From Candidatus Woesearchaeota archaeon (GTDB taxonomy: Archaea > Nanobdellota > Nanobdellia > Woesearchaeales > SKGA01), in contig JAFGOT010000023.1 in NCBI GenBank assembly GCA_016926395.1, positions 1 through 24,320 on the forward strand: 24,320 nt of DNA, in the 5' to 3' direction. Of the stretch, positions 24,266 to 24,320 are shown one piece after another (position 1 is the stretch's first letter; the number at the start of each line of letters is the position of its first letter). The translations under genes and the position numbers were made by a program. The notes below the pieces were generated by a model that had not been told where the DNA came from, made no database searches, and saw only the letters and a program-made list of their open reading frames with translations.

Positions 24266-24320
24266 ATCTTGGAATTTTTTTTATTTCATTTTCCTTTCTC
24301 AATGTCTGCTTTGCAGATGA

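Noticed and set aside
24266-24320. Possible gene start (atgtctgctttgcagatga) at the right edge
   Set aside because: Too little sequence to support a call.

Overview
AT-rich archaeal chromosomal window, most consistent with a DPANN (Woesearchaeota-like) genome. The taxonomy is inferred from gene content, TATA boxes and GGAGGTGA-type Shine-Dalgarno (SD) sites, not from a search. Left end (minus strand): the exosome/proteasome superoperon pop5-psmA-SBDS-rrp4. Then, mostly on the plus strand: a DUF1385 protein, a 726-aa acidic disordered protein, a degenerate RtcA-like protein, Sm-rpl37e, the oapABC/arvABC GTPase operon, TatD, a membrane-anchored lipase on a long stalk, a radical SAM enzyme, archease, a bacterial-type beta-barrel-like protein, RtcB, a lipoprotein, a Cys-His-Asp papain-fold protein, DNA ligase (minus), three unannotated SD-led micro-ORFs, a wHTH/degenerate nucleotidyltransferase regulator and ftsZ. 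No tRNA, rRNA, CRISPR array or transposase was seen. The most notable signals are: (i) an outer-membrane-type beta-barrel gene in an archaeon, inserted between archease and rtcB; (ii) an RtcA fold that has lost its catalytic His and other active-site residues, in a locus with intact RtcB and archease; (iii) two exact gene-end duplications (psmA start, arvC end); (iv) a three-microprotein operon; (v) an operator array plus a structured leader in front of the regulator-ftsZ pair. All family calls come from motif recognition by eye; no database search was run.
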